From Alphaproteobacteria bacterium (GTDB lineage Bacteria > Pseudomonadota > Alphaproteobacteria > SP197), in the NCBI GenBank assembly GCA_964291265.2, contig OZ219747.1:2752001-2816000 (forward strand): DNA of 64,000 nucleotides, in the 5' to 3' direction. Both the position numbers and the translations under genes were made by a program. The notes under the pieces are model-generated. The model was not told where the DNA came from. It worked only from the letters and a program-made list of their open reading frames with translations, and made no database searches. Positions 60,841 through 64,000 of the stretch are shown piece by piece (position 1 is the stretch's first letter; each line of letters starts with the position of its first letter).

Positions 60841-61829
60841 GGGAGTTCGGTCCCCCGTGACCGGCTCGTCCGGGTGCTGCGCCGGGGGGCGTCACAACTC
60901 CGCCCGGCATCGCATCGCTCTTTCTCTTGATGCCGATCTAGCATCCACCCGGGGCGGCGGCAAAGACGCCGCCCCGGGACCGGACAACGCGACCCGCCCA
61001 CAGGGAAGACAAACAATCCCGCGAGTGCCTCGGAACCGGAACCCTCCCGGCAACCGTCACCAAGACCGAAGCAGAGGTCGACGGAACCCGAACCGGACCA
61101 AAACGACAATAGGAAAAGACGGCGGCGCTCGGGGAGACAACCAGCCGAACACTCAAACCACGACAACAGGACGTGACAATAGGACCTGACAACAGGGAAG
61201 AAACACGACCCTGACAAAGCGCGGCAAATCGCCGAAATCCCGCCGTTCTATGCAGCCATCAACACGTGGAAGGTCCATGGCCTCTCCTCGATGCATTCTA
61301 TCGCGCGGGTTCGATGGTCTTCGGTGGCGGCCATGTTGTCTTGCCCCTTCTCGAGGCCGAGGTCGTGGACACCGGCATGGTCGACCGCGAGGTCTTTCTT
61401 GCCGGATACGGCGCGGCGCAGGCGGTTCCCGGGCCGTTGTTCACATTCGCTGCCTACCTGGGCGCCGTGATGGAGACGCCACCGTCTGCATGGGCGGCCT
61501 TGCTGGCGTTGTTGGCGATCTTCTTCCCTTCGGCCCTTCTCATTGTCGGCGGCCTGCACTTCCAGGGACACTTGCGCCTCGCGCCCACGTCCCGGCGCGC
61601 CCTTGCCGGCGCCAACGCCGCGGTCGTGGGACTGCTTGCCGCAGTGTTCCATGACCCCGTCCTCCCTGCCGGCCTCATCTCGCCCCTCGCGACCGCCATC
61701 GCCGCAGCCTCCTTCGTGGTGCTCGCGGCCTGGAACGCGCCCCCCTGGGCGGTCGTGCTGCTCGCTGGCATCGCCGGTTTCCTCGTCCTGTGACAAGGGA
61801 GCCCCAGCGCTCCCGAAGAGCCGATTAAC

Positions 61830-63512
61830 TCAGTACCAGGCATCCTCCATTGATGCCTTGCGCCGAGCCACGAAATCGTCGAGGGCCTCTGCGACCGCGT
61901 CATCGATCGATGGCGCCTCGAAGGACTCGATCATGGTCTTCCACACGGTGTTGGCCCGTTCCTCCATCCGCGGCGATCCGTCACCGGTCCAGGCTTCCCA
62001 GGGGCCGGGTTCCGGTATCGCGGGCATGAAGTTCGCAGTCTTATAACGGCGCAGTGTGTGGGCCGTCGCGAGGTGGTTCTGGCCGGGGGCCGCCTCGACA
62101 TAGGCGTCGGCTGCGAGATCCTCGGCTTCGGTGCGGAATCCCTTGAGCATGCGGAGCATCATGCCGCAGTGGTCGACATCCATGACGAACTTCTCGTAGG
62201 ACATGGTGAGTCCGGCCTCGAGCCATCCAGCGGCATGCCAGATCTGGTGGGCACCGGAGATCATCGTGGCCCACATGGCGCTGGCGGCGTCCTGCATCGC
62301 CTGTCCGTCAGGCGTGTTGGAAGCCGTGATCTGGCCACCGCCGGAACGCACGGGAACGCGAAGCCTGCGGCCGAGTTGTGCCAGGGCGAGCGTCACGAGG
62401 TTGGCCTCGGGCGTGCCGAAGGTCAGCGCTCCTGACTTGAGGTTCATGGTGGCGTGGAAACTGCCGAGAACGCAGGGGCAGCCGGGGCGGACAAGCTGGG
62501 CGAGGGCGATGCCCGCCATGCCTTCCGCCAGCGTCTGGGCGCAGATCGCCGCCGGGGTGAGCGGACCCATGGCGCCGCCGATGACCGACGGAGAGACCGC
62601 GACACACTGGTTGGCCTCCGCATAGACCCTGAGGGCTCCCGACATGGTGGCGTCGTAGACCAGCGGTGAATTGACATTGATGTTGGCCTGGATGACCGCG
62701 TTGTCCTCAAGCACCTGCGGGGAGAACGCGATCCGGGCCATGTCGATCGAATCACGCGCACGCTGCGGCGTCGTCACCGCTCCCATGAAGGGCTTGTCGG
62801 AGAGCGTGAGGTGAGCCAGCACCATGTCGAGATGGCGCTTGTTGACAGGGATGTCGACAGGTTCGCACACAGTGCCGCCCGAATGACCGAGCCACGGGGT
62901 CATGAACGTGAGACGGACGAAGTTCCTGAAGTCCTCGAGCGAGGCATAGCGCCGCCCGCGGTCAAGATCGGTCACGAAGGGTGAACCGTAGCCCGGCATC
63001 AGCACCACGTGATCGCCGCCCAGCGTGACGCTTCGTTGACCGAGCCACGGGGTCATGAACGTGAGACGGACGAAGTTCCTGAAGTCCTCGAGCGAGGCAT
63101 AGCGCCGCCCGCGGTCAAGATCGGTCACGAAGGGTGAACCGTAGCCCGGCATCAGCACCACGTGATCGCCGCCCAGCGTGACGCTTCGTTCGCGATTGCG
63201 AGCGTGAAGCACGAAGGTCTCCGGTGCCGACGCGCACAAGGCGCGCGCCTGGCCCGGCTCCATCCGGACACGCTGGTTCTCGACACGCGCTCCGGCCGAG
63301 CGGAAGAGCGCCAGGGCAACGTCATCCCCGCGAAAGTCAATGCCGACGGTGTCGAGGATCCAGTCCGCCTGCTTCTCGATGGCCTCGAGCATGTCCTCGC
63401 CAAGAGGTTCAAAGGCAGGCAGGCGCCGCCTCGTCAATGTCGTCGGTGCCGTGCCGGGGGAAGATCTTCCTCGGCGCCGCGGGGAACGCTGCCTGCCGCC
63501 TGCCGTCGTCAT
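61830..63512 (-). CDS. Trimethylamine methyltransferase (MttB) family protein, non-pyrrolysine, with internal 51-aa duplication
   Basis: SDKPFMG, NVNSPL..D, GAMGP, FGTPE, HAAGWLEAGL..SYEKF; no in-frame TAG. Confidence 0.9.
   Translation of the reverse strand: MTTAGGRQRSPRRRGRSSPGTAPTTLTRRRLPAFEPLGEDMLEAIEKQADWILDTVGIDFRGDDVALALFRSAGARVENQRVRMEPGQARALCASAPETFVLHARNRERSVTLGGDHVVLMPGYGSPFVTDLDRGRRYASLEDFRNFVRLTFMTPWLGQRSVTLGGDHVVLMPGYGSPFVTDLDRGRRYASLEDFRNFVRLTFMTPWLGHSGGTVCEPVDIPVNKRHLDMVLAHLTLSDKPFMGAVTTPQRARDSIDMARIAFSPQVLEDNAVIQANINVNSPLVYDATMSGALRVYAEANQCVAVSPSVIGGAMGPLTPAAICAQTLAEGMAGIALAQLVRPGCPCVLGSFHATMNLKSGALTFGTPEANLVTLALAQLGRRLRVPVRSGGGQITASNTPDGQAMQDAASAMWATMISGAHQIWHAAGWLEAGLTMSYEKFVMDVDHCGMMLRMLKGFRTEAEDLAADAYVEAAPGQNHLATAHTLRRYKTANFMPAIPEPGPWEAWTGDGSPRMEERANTVWKTMIESFEAPSIDDAVAEALDDFVARRKASMEDAWY
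62884..63189. repeat. 153-bp tandem duplication, identical by eye
   Basis: 62884-63036 matches 63037-63189. Confidence 0.95.
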
Positions 63513-63825
63513 GCCGTGCTTCCGGTTCCCGCCTGCCCATGTGTCCCTGCCGCATGATCGAACCCGATGCCATCGGCCCGGAATCCAGCACCAGCAAGCG
63601 TTCGGTCAGCGGGTGACGATGACGAGGATGATAGCACCAACGGTGCGTTGCCCCGGAACTCGCCTGCTGTTGACGACAACAACCATTGTCGCGTTGCGGA
63701 GAACATGGATTCGACGCCGAGCATCGTGCGGGATACTCGGCGGGGGAGGGCATGACGTTGAAGGTCTGTTATCATAGAGTGACGAGGAGTGGGCAGGGCG
63801 TCTGTCGGCAAGAGGGAAACAGGTG

Positions 63826-64000
63826 ATGGTCAAGCCGGTATCGGGAATGCCGCGCCGATTGGCACTGGCTGCGGGGGCCGGTGGCGTCGTGGCGGCGCTG
63901 GTGCCGTCAGCACTTCTGGCCGATACCGAACTGACGTTCTTCCGCATCGCCACCGGCGGCACGGCCGGGACCTTCTATCCGGTGGGCGCATTGGTGGCCA
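63826..64000 (+). CDS. TAXI-family TRAP transporter solute-binding subunit, partial
   Basis: Manual translation: signal peptide then FFRIATGGTAGTFYPVG. Confidence 0.85.
   Translation, partial: MVKPVSGMPRRLALAAGAGGVVAALVPSALLADTELTFFRIATGGTAGTFYPVGALVA

Larger units (their letters stand above)
55945..61264 (-). mobile_element. IS21-family element with cargo genes, 5320 bp
   Basis: TG...CA ends with inverted core TAGAACGGCGGGAT; 5-bp TSD CGTGG (55940-55944, 61265-61269); istA and istB present. Confidence 0.92.
55275..61793 (+). pseudogene. chrA: Chromate efflux transporter interrupted by IS21 element
   Basis: N-half SFGGPVAHLGYF...PGPASSQ; C-half VFGGGHVVLPLL...QAVPGP. Removing 55945-61264 and one TSD restores the frame ...GLVVEGPWPLL... 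Confidence 0.9.

Noticed and set aside
61830-63512. Pyrrolysine-containing MttB
   Set aside because: No in-frame TAG in the ORF.
1-64000. tRNA, rRNA or tmRNA genes
   Set aside because: None recognised by eye. The ssrA-like peptide at 4011-4070 is part of a transposase ORF. A covariance-model scan would be needed to exclude small RNAs.

Overview
High-GC bacterial chromosomal window, probably alphaproteobacterial (inferred from the thrC-M16-rimJ, yqgE-prx and dxs-hpnD-hpnE clusters). Housekeeping and metabolic genes at both ends flank a heavily rearranged accessory region (~3.3-41 kb). The main element is an intact, tightly coupled seven-gene minus-strand operon (20169-32155). Its DUF499 ATPase, small protein, DUF1156-type adenine methylase and PLD-SNF2 helicase match the Gao_RL restriction-like anti-phage architecture, but a three-gene module (two hypotheticals plus an MBL-fold hydrolase) sits inside it. 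Mobile elements with ends and target duplications read from the sequence: two 386-bp IS1634-derived MITEs; an ISKra4-like IS whose transposase ends in an ssrA-like tag; two ISAs1-like copies and one IS4/IS50-like element, all with DUF4338 (DruA-like) domains fused to the transposase and nested in one another; and a 5.3-kb IS21 element carrying a Toprim primase-like gene that splits chrA. Other oddities are a Rieske oxygenase lacking its [2Fe-2S] ligands, an S8 lipoprotein protease between amidase-derived direct repeats, and a 153-bp in-frame duplication in an MttB-family gene. No rRNA, tRNA or CRISPR array was seen. All family assignments come from motif recognition by eye, not database searches.
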